Positions 1 through 12,755 of a stretch of DNA of 60,329 bases are shown here, piece by piece. The notes under the pieces are model-generated. The model ran no database searches and was not told where the DNA came from. It saw nothing but the letters and a program-made list of their open reading frames with translations. The stretch is from the NCBI GenBank assembly GCA_008632985.1, contig QPGO01000150.1, positions 124,001-184,329 on the forward strand, read 5' to 3'. The first letter of the stretch is position 1, and every line of letters begins with the position of its first letter. Source of the DNA: Psammoneis japonica (Eukaryota). The position numbers and the translations under genes were made by a program.

Positions 1-905
1 TTCCTGCATCTGCAGGCTGTCCGCAGCAACGCTGATCCCGCAGAAGCGCACACCAGATGACGCAACTCCCGACGCGAGACCTGTGATGGTCCACAGGAGA
101 TCCATGTGGCTGAGACCGGCGTGACTGGCCATCGCGCAAGTGACTCACCTTGTGTGAAGGGCATCCGCAGGATGCATGCAGTGCCAAGTGTGACTGATTC
201 CTCGAAAGGACTCAAACTCCGCATGTCTTGCTGTCGCACATGCACATGCTCCACACAAAATAAGCTCACAATTTTCACAACACCGAAACCTCTACGTCAT
301 GAGCACTTGTTCCCTGTTTCTGCATGGGTCACTGCGTTTTTGAGAAATGCCAATGACTGTCATCATCATCATGCTTCGATTGCGGTGCTGATGGTTCTCG
401 TTTTCGTGCGCGATCAGGTGTGACCATGAACAATTCTTGCATTCAAAAACAAGCACTGCGAAAAACCTTGTTCAAATGCAACGGCAATTTCAGGACAAAC
501 GTGGGGATGCCCCCCCACAATGGACCAAAAAGGGACAGGGCATGGACCGAAAAATTTTGGTTCATTTTTGTAACATCCATGCGTCGACCGCAGTGGCACG
601 ACTCATGAACTCCTCAAACCAACAGACCACAATGATGATGCGATGTTGTGTTTTGTGCAACCAATGCCACAAGCAGAGCTGATGTCAATGAACAAGTGCA
701 ACATTGGTGACAAGCTTCATCATGATGGGAAGCACAAACAACAAGAGCTGCAAAGAACTTGTGACACAAACACAGCTCACATTTGACTTGAAAGGTTGCA
801 CCAGTCTTCTCGTCACTCGTGTCACACCAACACATCTTGCCTTGTGCTCCTGCACATCATGAGCTGCTGGCTGCAATGAGTGCTGGGAGGAGTGTGTCTG
901 CTGCA

Positions 906-1237
906 GACGTGTTCCAGATGCAGGCGGGAATCCATGTGACATTGGGCCCACAGAATTCTGTGTGTGAGCTCTGCAGCAAAATTGTCAGGCAATGCATGTG
1001 TCAATGATCGCCAACAGAAAATGAGGCAATTTTGCGAAAGCACAAACTCGTCCATGATTGAAGCACATCATTTTTCACTTGTCCAGGTGCGCTCAGGGTT
1101 TTGCAAAACATTGAGTCTGGAACATTTTTTTGGAAGATCACATGCAGAAATGCACGTGCGAAACATGTGACGAGTGACAAAAAATGTTCATGTCACATGT
1201 CATTGCTGCGAGCTCCCACCCAGGGCTGGAATGCATT
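906..1237 (+). mobile_element. Decayed, internally deleted copy of the GACGCGTTCCAG-TIR MITE
   Basis: Aligns to 39750-40145 at both ends (gacgtgttccagatgcaggcggga ... tcccacccagggctggaatgcatt). Differences are mostly TA->TG/CA and CG->TG/CA, and no TA remains. Confidence 0.85.
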
Positions 1238-1337
1238 GATGTAGAACAGCTCCACCACAGCCTGCTGCTTGTGCTGCTTCATGCCAATGCTGCAATTGTG
1301 AGATGAAGAAAGTGTGCGGCAAAGTGCATGCGCTGTT

Positions 1338-1734
1338 GACGGGTTCCAGTCCTGGGTGGGACTCCGCGTGACATTGGGCCTGCAGAATTCTGCGTGCGAG
1401 CTCCGCAGCAAATTTGTGCTGCAATGAAAACACAAATGATCACCAACAGAAAAAGAGGCAATTTTATGAACGCATCTCCTCCTGCATGCTTGGAGTGCAT
1501 CATTTGTGGTTTGCCCGGGTGTGTTCTTCAGACATTGAAGAACATGCCCAGCGCATTTTCATTCTCATGAATGTTGAAAATGGAAAGCCTTTGGCTTCGC
1601 AAAACAGGGAGCATGAAACAATTTCGGAGAATGCAACACATGGAAATGTGTGTGTGTGACATGCGATGTGATCCAAAAAACTGTTGATGTCACAGTGCAG
1701 CAGTGCGAGGTCCCACCCAGAGCTGGAGCGCGTC
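1338..1734 (+). mobile_element. Decayed full-length MITE copy (397 bp) with 4-bp TSD TGTT
   Basis: Termini gacgggttccagtcctgggtggga / tcccacccagagctggagcgcgtc. TGTT lies at 1334-1337 and 1735-1738. Colinear with 39750-40145. Confidence 0.85.
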
Positions 1735-1849
1735 TGTTGCTCTTTTGGAGTTTTGCATGAAGCCAATCATGCTCATCAAGGGAAGAGCTGGTTTGGACAC
1801 AATTCAAACAGTGCTGGGTTTGACACAAATGATCACATCACGAATCCAT

Positions 1850-2300
1850 GGTGCAAGCTCCTCGGTCGCTCTGCATCATCCACCAATGGCTCTGACATCA
1901 TCGATGCTGTCAACCAAGCAGGCAGGACTCTTTCTCCTTCCTTTTACATTCAACAACCTTGGCGGCATCGGCAGTCATTTCCATGCATTTTTCTTTGGCA
2001 CCTCTGTCACAACATCTGCCTCCATCCTGCCCCTTCCTCCCAAACCGCCCTGGACAAGCCCATCCTCCTTTTCCAACCCCCCCAAGCATCTTTCCCCGCG
2101 CCTTTGCCAGCTCACTCTTGGCACCTTCTGACCTCCTCACCCACTCCAATGCGGCCTGGAAACAACTCTTTTGGCTCCTCCCATCATGCTTCAACCCCTC
2201 CACTCTGGGCCTCTCAAATTCTCAGTCTCATCAAGCTCGTCTCCTTTGCCACCCCACTGTCACCGATTCTTCCTCTCAACCTTCTGTCCGCACCCTCGGC
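1850..2300 (+). pseudogene. Possible decayed C-terminal fragment of a non-LTR retrotransposon ORF (CRE-like)
   Basis: Frame-broken peptides KLLGR..GSDIIDAVNQAG, LLPFTFNNLGGIGSHFHAFFFG and FGSSHHASTPPLWASQILSL resemble, from memory, the endonuclease tail of such elements. No RT motif is visible. Confidence 0.3.
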
Positions 2301-2623
2301 CCACCCTTTTCTCTCCATCCCCTCTCTGGCTAGAGCGCGCTCCGCGCGTCCCTCCTCCCGCCACATGTTCCCCCAGATCCACCTCCTCCATCACCATGCG
2401 GCAGAACCTCCAATTGCTGTGACAAGTGAAACAGCAACTGCTGCTCTCTCTCTGTTCTCTAGAAGTAGAGATGACTCTAGCTAGAGAGAGCAGAGATTTG
2501 AGTGGACAGCCAGCTGCCAGCCAGTCGCCATCGAACCCAATCCACACGATGGCAAAAAGAAAATCATCGACTCTTTACAATGTGACTGACAGCCACGAAA
2601 TGCAAAGTTAGTGTTGAACACAT

Positions 2624-4981
2624 TCACTGGTTGTCAACCGTGAAGATGCAGGCAGATCCGGAATCCTCGCCATTGACATGAGCACGGGCACCAACTCCAA
2701 GGACACTTCCGTCCGCCGACAAGGAAACGGACTCTCCAAATAAATCAAATTTAGACTCGCCATTCAAAGGATCACCCACGTGATTCCATTTGGTTGTGGT
2801 GGCATTGCATTGAAAGACTCTAACTCGGCCGAAATTGCAAACATCATGCAGTGGGCTTCCAACGGCCAGGACATCTCCATTCCCGCTCAAAGACACGGAA
2901 ATTCCAAACAAATCTGCCAGAGAAAACCCAGGCGATTCCGAAAGCAGAGTTTGGCCTCGTTGATTCCATGTCGATGTCGAACGGTTGTGGACATGAGCAA
3001 GAACCCTCGCGTCCTTTCCAGGCGCACCCACAGCCATGACCAAACCAGTGTCGTCAAGAGCTGGGAAGATCCAAAACCACCAAAATCAATTTGTCCTTTG
3101 GGTCGCCCAATGGATCCCATCTTGAAGAAGAAGCATTGTGTTCAAACACAGTGACTTGGCCAGAATGGGTGTTGACCCCACCTGCTCCAACACCAACAAT
3201 GCATCCTGAACGACTCAGAGAAACCGACTCACCAAAGCTGTCAGAAGCAGCTCCACCAATCAGTGTCTGTCCGAGTTGATTCCAGGATGATTTGCGGCGG
3301 CTGCATTGAAACAAGCGAACGGATCCCGAATTCTCACTGCCTCCCACGACAAGAATGTCTCCCACATCCGAGAGCGACAAAGAAGAAATGCAATCACCAT
3401 CAATTCCCATTCCAGGAATGTCGCTCCCAATCTGGACCCACCGATCATTTTTGGAGCTGCACTTGAACACTCGCACACAACTGACATTGCTTCCCAAAAA
3501 TGCCACCCCCACTTTTGCCCACAGCAAGAATCGTGCCATCACCATTCAACGATTGGACAATGGCAAAATCACCATCTCCGGCTTGACCAACCAAGACTTG
3601 ACCCATGGGCTTCCATTTCTGGGCAGCTTGTTTCCATTTAAACATGGAAACATGACCAGCTTTGGCTCCAGAAGAACCCCGTGTTCCTGCCGCCATGACA
3701 TGACCGTCGCGCGACAATGACACAGAATGTCCAAAATGCTCACACGCAGCTTCGCCATGCAACACTTGTCCGACGGGTTGCCACGGACCATCGGGCAAAA
3801 CATCTTGGGTTGCACCTGCGGAATGAGGAGCAGGCCCAATCATTTCGGAACGGACTTGATCTTCGTTCAGAGCCATGTCGTAGATTCGGACAGAGCCCAC
3901 AAAGCCCTCAAAGCAATTGTCAGCCTTGCTCTCTCGATCCGACTGCCAATGTTAAAAGGTGGCTCATTGACACAATGGGATCCACCAAGGAGGCTTTCCC
4001 TCTCCAGACAATTCTCCACCAGTGTAGATTCGCAATGCATTCCCATCACAGGTTGCAGCAATGTGCGCCCAAGTCTCGGGTGGGACCGGAACATTGCTCT
4101 CGATTGAAAAACTGTCGCGTTTCCCTTTGCATCCACCAAAACAGCCACCAGCCCGCACTTCACCGGTTTTCTGATGTGGGACAAGCCACGTGGCAAATGA
4201 TTTTTGAACAACAACCTGAGCAGTTTCGTCTGTAGAAAAGCATCTCACCCATGCCATCATGGTGTGTGATTTCATGTTGAGATGCTTTGATGCGGGGATG
4301 AGCACGTGGTTGTCGTTGCCATCAAGGCTGAGAGCATTCTTGGAAAGGCCAACCGGTTGCACAGAAGGTTCACCACCACCGCGTTTCCCATGCCATCCCT
4401 TCTTTCCTGCATCCTTGTAAAGTTCCTCTTCATCAAACGCACGCTCGAGCATGGGTCCAACACAAGGCATGAAACTAGGGAGACTGAATGATTTTTTCAA
4501 AAACACCACTCGATTCCTTCCGATGTGGAGGGGGGCATCCAGTGGTGAGTTGATGGTTGAGCACACTTCTCCTTTTCCCTTCAACATGAAATTGAAGCCA
4601 TCCACGTCGTGTTTCTCCACAACAAAATTGAAATCGGCTGAGTTCACCGAATCCACATCTTTTTCAATGAGTTTGAAATCACACTTGATCTCAATGGCAT
4701 CAACGGAATGGTCGTCGCCGCCAGCATTCATTGTTGCCAATGTGCCATTGACCAAGCAGCTTCTTGTCCGTCACCAGCAATGGCTCGCAGTTGCCACTTG
4801 TTCTTGGAGGAACACTCCTTCCATAGAAGACACCACGATCTGTTTTCTTCTTGCACGACGGAGCGCCACATGGTGGTGCTTCTTCATCCGCAATGGCAGC
4901 TTGCAGGGATCCAATCCACAGAAACAATGTGGAAAGGATGAGCAAGAGATGATGATGACGAGAGAAAGCGGGGGCTTTCAT
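2624..4981 (-). pseudogene. Secreted LamG/concanavalin-like plus FG-GAP-like beta-propeller repeat protein, frameshifted and hypermutated
   Basis: Signal-like N-terminus from ATG 4981. LamG motifs ALSLDGNDNHV, WAHIAATCDG and VRIYDMALNEDQV. Repeats of WxxxGxxLxGE...FGxSVSLSxxGxxxxVG. Spread over several frames, with usual Tyr positions reading Cys/His. Confidence 0.8.
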
Positions 4982-5368
4982 CACGTTGTTTTTTTTGTTG
5001 TTGTTGAAGTGATGGGTGAACAACAACAACAAATGAGAAACAATTTCGTTGCAACAATTGCAAACGTGCTTGCCCAGTGCTTGCCATCAAAATCGGATCC
5101 GCAAATGGCGGGGACTCGCGGATCATTGGATCCGCGAACCAAACAATGCACCCACGAATCGGATCATGACAACCACGGCAATTTCTTTATGGGGTGCAGG
5201 AAACGCAAAAAGGTTGGCTTTTTCTATCAAGTGCTGCAATGACATCGTCACTGCAGTGTCACAACGAAAAAATGGCTCGCAACTTGAAATTTAAACGGCG
5301 ACGGGGGGCGGGGCGGGCGGCGTCCGTTGTTTCCTGCGAGCCTACAGCACGTAAGGTACTACAAGTAC

Positions 5369-8300
5369 ATTATCCCGGGAATACAACCCATGTTGTATTC
5401 CGCAGTATTTCTCCGTTGAATTCTACACATTGTACTGACCGTCACCCCACTTCAGCGACCGTATCTTCCGTGTTCTTGTGGAGGAAGCACGGGAATTTTT
5501 CCCGTATCGAAACAACCGGGTTGTTGCATGGTACGTCGCGTTTTTGACAGATTTATGCAACAATACAACCGAGACCATGCCGTCTAAAAAGTGTTACAAG
5601 CCAACCTTGATAGCACTCACGTCATTTCTTGGCGGGGTGACTTGTCAATGTGAACAAGACTTCACCAACCAGAGGCCATTCAAACAACCCCCAACGATGT
5701 CGTGGTGGATGGGTCTAAAGGCGTATGGAACGCCCGAACCAGGCGACAACAGCTTGCCCATGCAAGCAAGGTCAAATTGGTTGGAACACTGGAGGAAGCC
5801 GATTTCCAGCTACATGTCAAACCGGTTGGTGCCGTGGAATGTTCTGTCAAATCAAGGCAACCCGACACGATCAACTGACGTAAAAAACCCCGTGCCATGT
5901 TTAACATTCATATTAATATTCTTGTTGCATGCAGTGCGTGTCTAGGGCTTCATTCTTCCTTGTTCAATCCACAACATCGCTGGAGCGCCCCTTCCAATTG
6001 AAGCATCATTTCTGTGCGCACGGCATCCAATAAATCCATCTGCACAGAATGGAATTTTGCACAACAAAACCAAGCCTCTTGGATTCCTTGTACAATTTCC
6101 ATTAATAATGAAACAAGAATCGCGAAAATCGGCCCAAGGGATGTTGAGATATCACCGCCGCCAACTCTTTACCATAAATTCCAGTGGCAGCTCAATTTTG
6201 ATTATTCAACGATAAGTTCCGAAGAGAAAGTCAGCACCATAAAAACTCAAGCCCTGTGGACACCTTATAGCACATACGTCAAAATAATGACAAGAAGTGA
6301 GAAACAACACCAAAGATGCAATAGTATATCACAAAAATCCGTCATGTTGATGCTGCATTCTCACAATTTCTGCACTGCACCTTCAGCGACAAATCCGCCT
6401 CGACGGATTGAACTCAACGCCAGCACCACTAGCCCATCACATTACTTGTATAAAAGCTCCGAATGCTGCGAAAAGAAACGGGAAAATACGGCAAAAATAG
6501 ATATAGATATCAGCGACGCAAGGGAGGCCATTGTCGCGATCGTTTTCTTTTTTGGTTGTCTTCGCAGCTGCGCGTCTTGGAGGGTGCTGCAGGTTGATGT
6601 AGCGGAAGTCGGTGTCTGTGCTTTCCTGGTGACCCTGTAGAAGAAGTACTAGACCCTACGCAGTTGTACCCAGGGTTGTATTCTTTCCGTCTACCTCCAC
6701 ATTATCCCGGGAATACAACCCATGTTGTATTCCGTAGTATTTCTCCGTTGAATTCTACACATTGTACTGACCGTTACCCCACTTCAGCGACCGTATCTTC
6801 CGTGTTCTTGTGGAGGAAGCACGGGAATTTTTCCCGCATCGAAACAACCGGGTTGTTGCATGGCACGTCGCGTTTTTGACAGATTTATGCAACAATGCAA
6901 CCGAGACCATGCCGTCTAAAAAGTGTTACAAGCCAACCTTGACAGCACTCACGTCATTTCTTGGCGGGGTGACTTGTCAATGTGAGCAAGACTTCACCAA
7001 CCAGAGGCCATTCAAACAACCCCCAACGATGTCGTGGTGGATGGGTCTAAAGGCGTGTGGAACGCCCGAACCAGGCGACAACAGCTTGCCCATGCAAGCA
7101 AGGTCAAATTGGTTGGAACACTGGAGGAAGCCGATTTCCAGCTGCGTGTCAAACCGGTTGGTGCCGTGGAATGTTCTGTCAAATCAAGGCAACCCGACAC
7201 GATCAAATGACGCAAAAAACCCCGTGCCATGTTTGACATTCACATTTAATGTTCTTGTTGCATGCAGTGCATGTCTGGGGCTTCATTCTTCCTTGTTCAA
7301 TCCACAACATCGCTGGAGCGCCCCTTCCAATTGAAGCATCATTTCTGTGCGCACGGCATCCAATGAATCCATCTGCACAGAATGGAATTTTGCACAACAA
7401 AACCAAGCCTCTTGGATTCCTTGTACAATTTCCATCAACAATGAAACAAGAATCACGAAAATCGGCCCAAGGGATGTTGAGATGTCACCGCCGCCAACTC
7501 TTTGCCACAAATTCCAGCGGCAGCTCAATTTTGATTGTTCAACGACAAGCTCCGAAGAGAAAGTCAGCACCATAAAAACCCAAGCCCTGTGGACACCTTG
7601 TGGCACATGCGTCAAAACAATGACAAGAAGTGAGAAACAACACCAAAGATGCAACAGTGTGTCACAAAAATCCGTCATGTTGATGCTGCATTCTCACAAT
7701 TTCTGCACTGCACCTTCAGCGACAAATCTGCCTCGACGGATTGAACTCAATGCCAGCACCACTAGCCCATCACATTGCTTGTATAAAAGCTCCGAATGCT
7801 GCGAAAAGAAACGGGAAAATGCGGCAAAAATAGATGCAGACATCAGCGACGCAAGGGAGGCCATTGTCGCGATCGTTTTCTTTTTTGGTTGTCTTCGCAG
7901 CTGCGCGTCTTGGAGGGTGCTGCAGGTTGATGTAGCGGAAGTCGGTGTCTGTGCTTTCCTGGTGACCCTGTGGAAGAAGTGCTAGACCCTACGCAGTTGC
8001 ACCCAGGGTTGTGTTCTTTCCGTCTACCTCCACATTATCCCGGGAATACAACCCATGTTGCACTCCGCAGTATTTCTCCGTTGAATTCTACACATTGTAC
8101 TGACCGTCACCCCACTTCAGCGACCGCATCTTCCGTGTTCTTGTGGAGGAAGCACGGGAATTTTTCCCGCATCGAAACAACCGGGTTGTTGCATGGTACG
8201 TCGCGTTTTTGACAGATTTATGCAACAATGCAACCGAGACCATGCCGTCTAAAAAGTGTTACAAGCCAACCTTGACAGCACTCACGTCATTTCTTGGCGG

Positions 8301-9366
8301 GGTGACTTGTCAATGTGAACAAGACTTCACCAACCAGAGGCCATTCAAACAACCCCCAACGATGTCGTGGTGGATGGGTCTAAAGGCGTATGGAACGCCC
8401 GAACCAGGCGACAACAGCTTGCCCATGCAAGCAAGGTCAAATTGGTTGGAACACTGGAGGAAGCCGATTTCCAGCTACATGTCAAACCGGTTGGTGCCGT
8501 GGAATGTTCTGTCAAATCAAGGCAACCCGACACGATCAACTGACGTAAAAAACCCCGTGCCATGTTTAACATTCATATTTAATATTCTTGTTGCATGCAG
8601 TGCGTGTCTAGGGCTTCATTCTTCCTTGTTCAATCCACAACATCGCTGGAGCGCCCCTTCCAATTGAAGCATCATTTCTGTGCGCACGGCATCCAATAAA
8701 TCCATCTGCACAGAATGGAATTTTGCACAACAAAACCAAGCCTCTTGGATTCCTTGTACAATTTCCATTAATGATGAAACAAGAATCGCGAAAATCGGCC
8801 CAAGGGATGTTGAGATATCACCGCCGCCAACTCTTTACCATAAATTCCAGTGGCAGCTCAATTTTGATTATTCAACGATAAGTTCCGAAGAGAAAGTCAG
8901 CACCATAAAAACCCAAGCCCTGTGGACACCTTATAGCACATACGTCAAAATAATGACAAGAAGTGAGAAACAACACCAAAGATGCAATAGTATATCACAA
9001 AAATCCGTCATGTTGATGCTGCATTCTCACAATTTCTGCACTGCACCTTCAGCGACAAATCCGCCTCGACGGATTGAACTCAACGCCAGCACCACTAGCC
9101 CATCACATTACTTGTATAAAAGCTCCGAATGCTGCGAAAAGAAACGGGAAAATACGGCAAAAATAGATATAGATATCAGCGACGCAAGGGAGGCCATTGT
9201 CGCGATCGTTTTCTTTTTTGGTTGTCTTCGCAGCTGCGCGTCTTGGAGGGTGCTGCAGGTTGATGTAGCGGAAGTCGGTGTCTGTGCTTTCCTGGTGACC
9301 CTGTAGAAGAAGTACTAGACCCTACGCAGTTGTACCCAGGGTTGTATTCTTTCCGTCTACCTCCAC
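5369..9366 (+). mobile_element. Head-to-tail trimer of a 1332/1333-bp non-autonomous element, probably Crypton-like (tyrosine-recombinase family remnant)
   Basis: Units 5369-6700, 6701-8033 and 8034-9366. Each unit has a 5' hairpin GGAATACAAC-ccat-GTTGTATTCC and a subterminal inverted repeat GAATACAACCC / GGGTTGTATTC. The array is flanked by AGTAC (5364-5368, 9367-9371) and ACA is common to all junctions. The peptide WMGLKAYG..RSNWLEHWRKPISSYMSNRLVPWNVLSNQGNPTRSTDV resembles the N-terminus of stramenopile Crypton recombinases. The repeat structure is certain; the family call is about 0.5. Confidence 0.75.
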
Positions 9367-9567
9367 AGTACAGCATCGCAGCGAGCTCCATGGAATCGAT
9401 AGCTCGTGAAGAGCTCGTACGTCGTACGTTTTCCCGCCAAAAACACGTGGAGGTCGCGTTTTTCTCCTCACATAATGCCTTATGGCGATGATGATTGACG
9501 CCGACACTACTTCTACTTGAACTGATACACGCTTCAAAATCAACCATCCCATATAATACTCCCGGCC

Positions 9568-10509
9568 ATGACACGTTTTTCAATATCCTTCTTGGCTGCT
9601 CTTTTACTTGTGCTTTCTCAGCCACAAGCGACGACAAGTGCAAAACAAGCAGGTGGTCTCTCGCTCAACTCCATCAAGACTGGTTTGTCTCGTCGTTTTG
9701 ACGAAGCATCCGAGTCTGCTCGATTGGAGCAAGACGTTGAAGATGTCAATGCCATGCTGATTGCATCCGCCAAAACACCGGTCGAACGCTTGACACAGCG
9801 TCGATTGGTGTGTCTTCCACTGGACGAACGGTTCAATCCACCCATGGGGTCGTTCTCGCACGGACACGTGCAGACGGGAGATAAAATGTCGTTGCCCTCC
9901 AACTTTTGGCAAGCCATTCAATCGTCCGGAGCCGAAGTGCCGTGGTTGTTTCAAGTGGAACGTGTGGATAAAGACGAATCAATAGAGACGAATGATTCTT
10001 CTGCTGTGGAGGATGAGGGATTGGCGTATAGCCAAGAACGAGTGACGCACCAAGGAGACGATGAATTTTCATCGGCTGAACCTCTCGACAAGGTGGTGGG
10101 CGGTGCAATTGATTTTCGTGCTCCGTCCAATTATTGCTTTTTACCGTGGTGGATGATGAGAGCGTTAGGATTACAACCTCGGGACGTGGTACACGTCACA
10201 CTGATTGAAACGGTACCCGCGGGAAGTCAAGTTCAGTTACGACCGCATTCTTCCAAATTCGCCAAGGACATTTCCAACACACAGGCTGTGCTGGAAACAG
10301 AACTCAAGCACTACTCGTCGCTCACGAGGGGTAGTACAATTGCGTTTGATTACAACAAGGAACGCTATTGGTTTGATGTCGTGGATCTCCGAGCGGCTCC
10401 CCGAGGAGAAAAGGCTCCCATGGTCAAGGTGCAAGATTGTGACGTTGCAACGGAATTTTTGGTGGCAAAGGATGAATTGAAAAAGAGAAAGAAAAAGCTT
10501 CAAGAATGA
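9568..10509 (+). CDS. UFD1: UFD1-family protein with N-terminal signal peptide (candidate SELMA sUfd1)
   Basis: Intact 313-aa ORF. GDKMSLPS, LPWWMMRALGL, VQLRPHS..F, QAVLETELKHYSSLTRGSTIAFDYN and QDCDVATEF match UFD1 motifs. Hydrophobic leader MTRFSISFLAALLLVLSQPQA. Confidence 0.85.
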   Translation: MTRFSISFLAALLLVLSQPQATTSAKQAGGLSLNSIKTGLSRRFDEASESARLEQDVEDVNAMLIASAKTPVERLTQRRLVCLPLDERFNPPMGSFSHGHVQTGDKMSLPSNFWQAIQSSGAEVPWLFQVERVDKDESIETNDSSAVEDEGLAYSQERVTHQGDDEFSSAEPLDKVVGGAIDFRAPSNYCFLPWWMMRALGLQPRDVVHVTLIETVPAGSQVQLRPHSSKFAKDISNTQAVLETELKHYSSLTRGSTIAFDYNKERYWFDVVDLRAAPRGEKAPMVKVQDCDVATEFLVAKDELKKRKKKLQE

Positions 10510-11000
10510 AAGAAGAGTTGTAGTTTGATTGGGCGCAAGGATTTGCAATCTTTGTTCCTTTATCGGTATTACTCTCTCTCTCTAACGGGGTAAAACTCCA
10601 ACGTCGCCTTGCAATGCGAGAGGGCTTTGTTATGCGAACTTTGAACGTAACTAACAAGTGCTATTATAAAGTGTCTTAACAGGTAAGGGTACCATCAAAA
10701 ACAGCTTTCTGAATACCTGAAACTACAATTGCTCAAACATGCATATTCAATGGTGGGAAAATGGTTTGCCTGCCTGTTTGAACAACATCTCGCTCGAAGT
10801 GTTGGGACCAACGATATCCTGCAAGAGCTTCGCGGATGTGTATGTTTCCACGGGCTTCTTCACAATTTCAAACTTCTCTCTTGAAAAGGAGCGTAGAGTC
10901 TATCGGTGTACAGACGTTTTTCCGGGTCTTGAGTCGTGGATAATGTCCCTCAAAATCAATTGTGCGCTCACATTTCTTCTCATTTTTTGTTCGTTTCACC

Positions 11001-12755
11001 ATGGGAACCCAACCAACCATGCCTCATCAAGAGCAACAACAAAAGCAGAGCTGTCACTCGGTGTTTCTTATGAGCATTGCCCTTATCCTATTTCTGCCCC
11101 TCACTTTTGTGGTTAGTATCTTTTGGGCGGGTACGGTACAGTATTACCGTGGAACCATTCTCAACAGCCGCGCCTTGGCCGTCCGGTATGCCACCAAAGG
11201 AATTCGTCTATCGGGAAGAGTCGTCAAGACATGGAAGAACGGTGAAAGCTTTTTTGTGCAAGTGGTTTACGGCCTACGAGTGAACGGCGCATTCGTGGCC
11301 TACACTAGGAAGTTCCGCGTGTCTCAACAACACGATGCACAATCCGAAGTGGGCCTCATTTACCTGCCGGACTACCCACGTTCCGCCGTGCTGTACAAGT
11401 TCGTTCAAGCATTCGATGAAGACTTGGACCATGACGACTTCTTTTCCAACAGAGTGTTTTCGATCGTGTATGGATTACTGAGCACCACGTTTATCACCGT
11501 GTTTCTTGTTTTCCTTCCGCTCTTGATTGCCTTCGCTTCTACCAAGGACTTTTCTATCGAGGATTGGTCGTTATATACTCGCTGATTGGACCCCTGATTG
11601 TGACAATGAATGTGCTGAGTTTCACCGTGGGGTATTGGGTAGCAAAACAGCATCGCGACTTCTATCTGCGCAAAACATTGTACGGCGCCAAGAGAGTGGT
11701 GTTCAATAGACACGACGAACTTAACTCCGAAGGTGCTCAAGATCTTTCGGAGGAACAAGTCTCTGATGAGGAACGAATTGTAAATCTTGCGTCGCGCCAA
11801 GAACTCTTTGACGAAGAGAGTCGCTCGTGCTTATTCGTGATGCGCATCCTTCTTCAAGGCTTGTGTCTCATGTTTGGATGCAATTACGACAGTGCTCAAG
11901 ACTTATCAGAAGAACAAGTCTCTGAAGAGGAGCAAATTCCAAAGCATGTGTCGTACCAAGAATTCTTTGATGAAGAGAGTCGCTCATGCTTATTCGTGAT
12001 GCGCAACATTCTTCAAGACTTTTGTTTCATGTTTGGATGGATCTTGATTGCCGTCTACTTTGTGGTTGCGTTTAGCGGTCACTATATGTGGCATTGCTTG
12101 TTGATGTCAAAGTGGCGACACGACCTACTGGAACGCTACGACACGTACGACAACACTACTTGCAGGCTGACGGGACGCGTCGTGTGTAACAAGCCTGACA
12201 ATCAAGTCATTGTGCTATACACACGGTCGGCAACCGAGCCTACAAGAAACTACTGCAGACGCCGGCGCAACTTGAGTCCGAGAATGTTTCGGAGGAACCC
12301 GAACTAGTGTACCTGACGCAACTGCCAACATCCGTCAATCTCAAGAGTCGCATCGACAGTCGTCACGAAGAGCTACGAAAATCTCGCAACAAGGGAAGTA
12401 CCTGTATGTGCATTTCGTTTATGGTGATCCAGATTGGCCTTAAAACCTTGGTTTTGGGCAGTGTGGCCAGTCTGGTTGCCACTCATCCCTTTCTTGTTGT
12501 GGCGGGGGCTGCAACGTTGTGTTGGGACTCTTCGGTGCTATCATCCGCCACCATTTCTTTTTCAAGAAGCATCTCTTGTACGGAGCCAGAAAGGTGCAAC
12601 TACAAGACACGAGTCAGGAGGTGGTTGCGACAGAAGTAGAACTTGATGATATTGAGGAAATGTTGGATGACGGCCCCAAGGACACCACAGAGAGCGCCGA
12701 TACCTTTGTCGATCGATTCATGAAGTTTCTCCTGCTGGACAAGGAATCTGACTAG
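11001..12755 (+). pseudogene. Multi-pass membrane protein of unknown function with frameshifts (TA-retaining copy)
   Basis: Consecutive ORFs in different frames with hydrophobic segments. Small indels near 11580 and 12220 relative to the paralog at 15168. May be a real gene with assembly indels. Confidence 0.6.

Larger units (their letters stand above)
1..5340. other. TpA-depleted, TG/CA-rich hypermutated domain A
   Basis: TA is very rare and TG/CA is in excess. ORFs are Cys/His-rich and nearly Tyr-free. TA-containing sequence returns abruptly at 5341 (cctacagcacgtaaggtactac). Confidence 0.9.

Noticed and set aside
106..1830. Many overlapping short ORFs in the TA-depleted domains (also 13.1-14.8, 17.4-18.6 and 37.5-41 kb)
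   Set aside because: Explained by loss of TAA/TAG. They are Tyr-free and Cys/His-rich with no recognisable domains.
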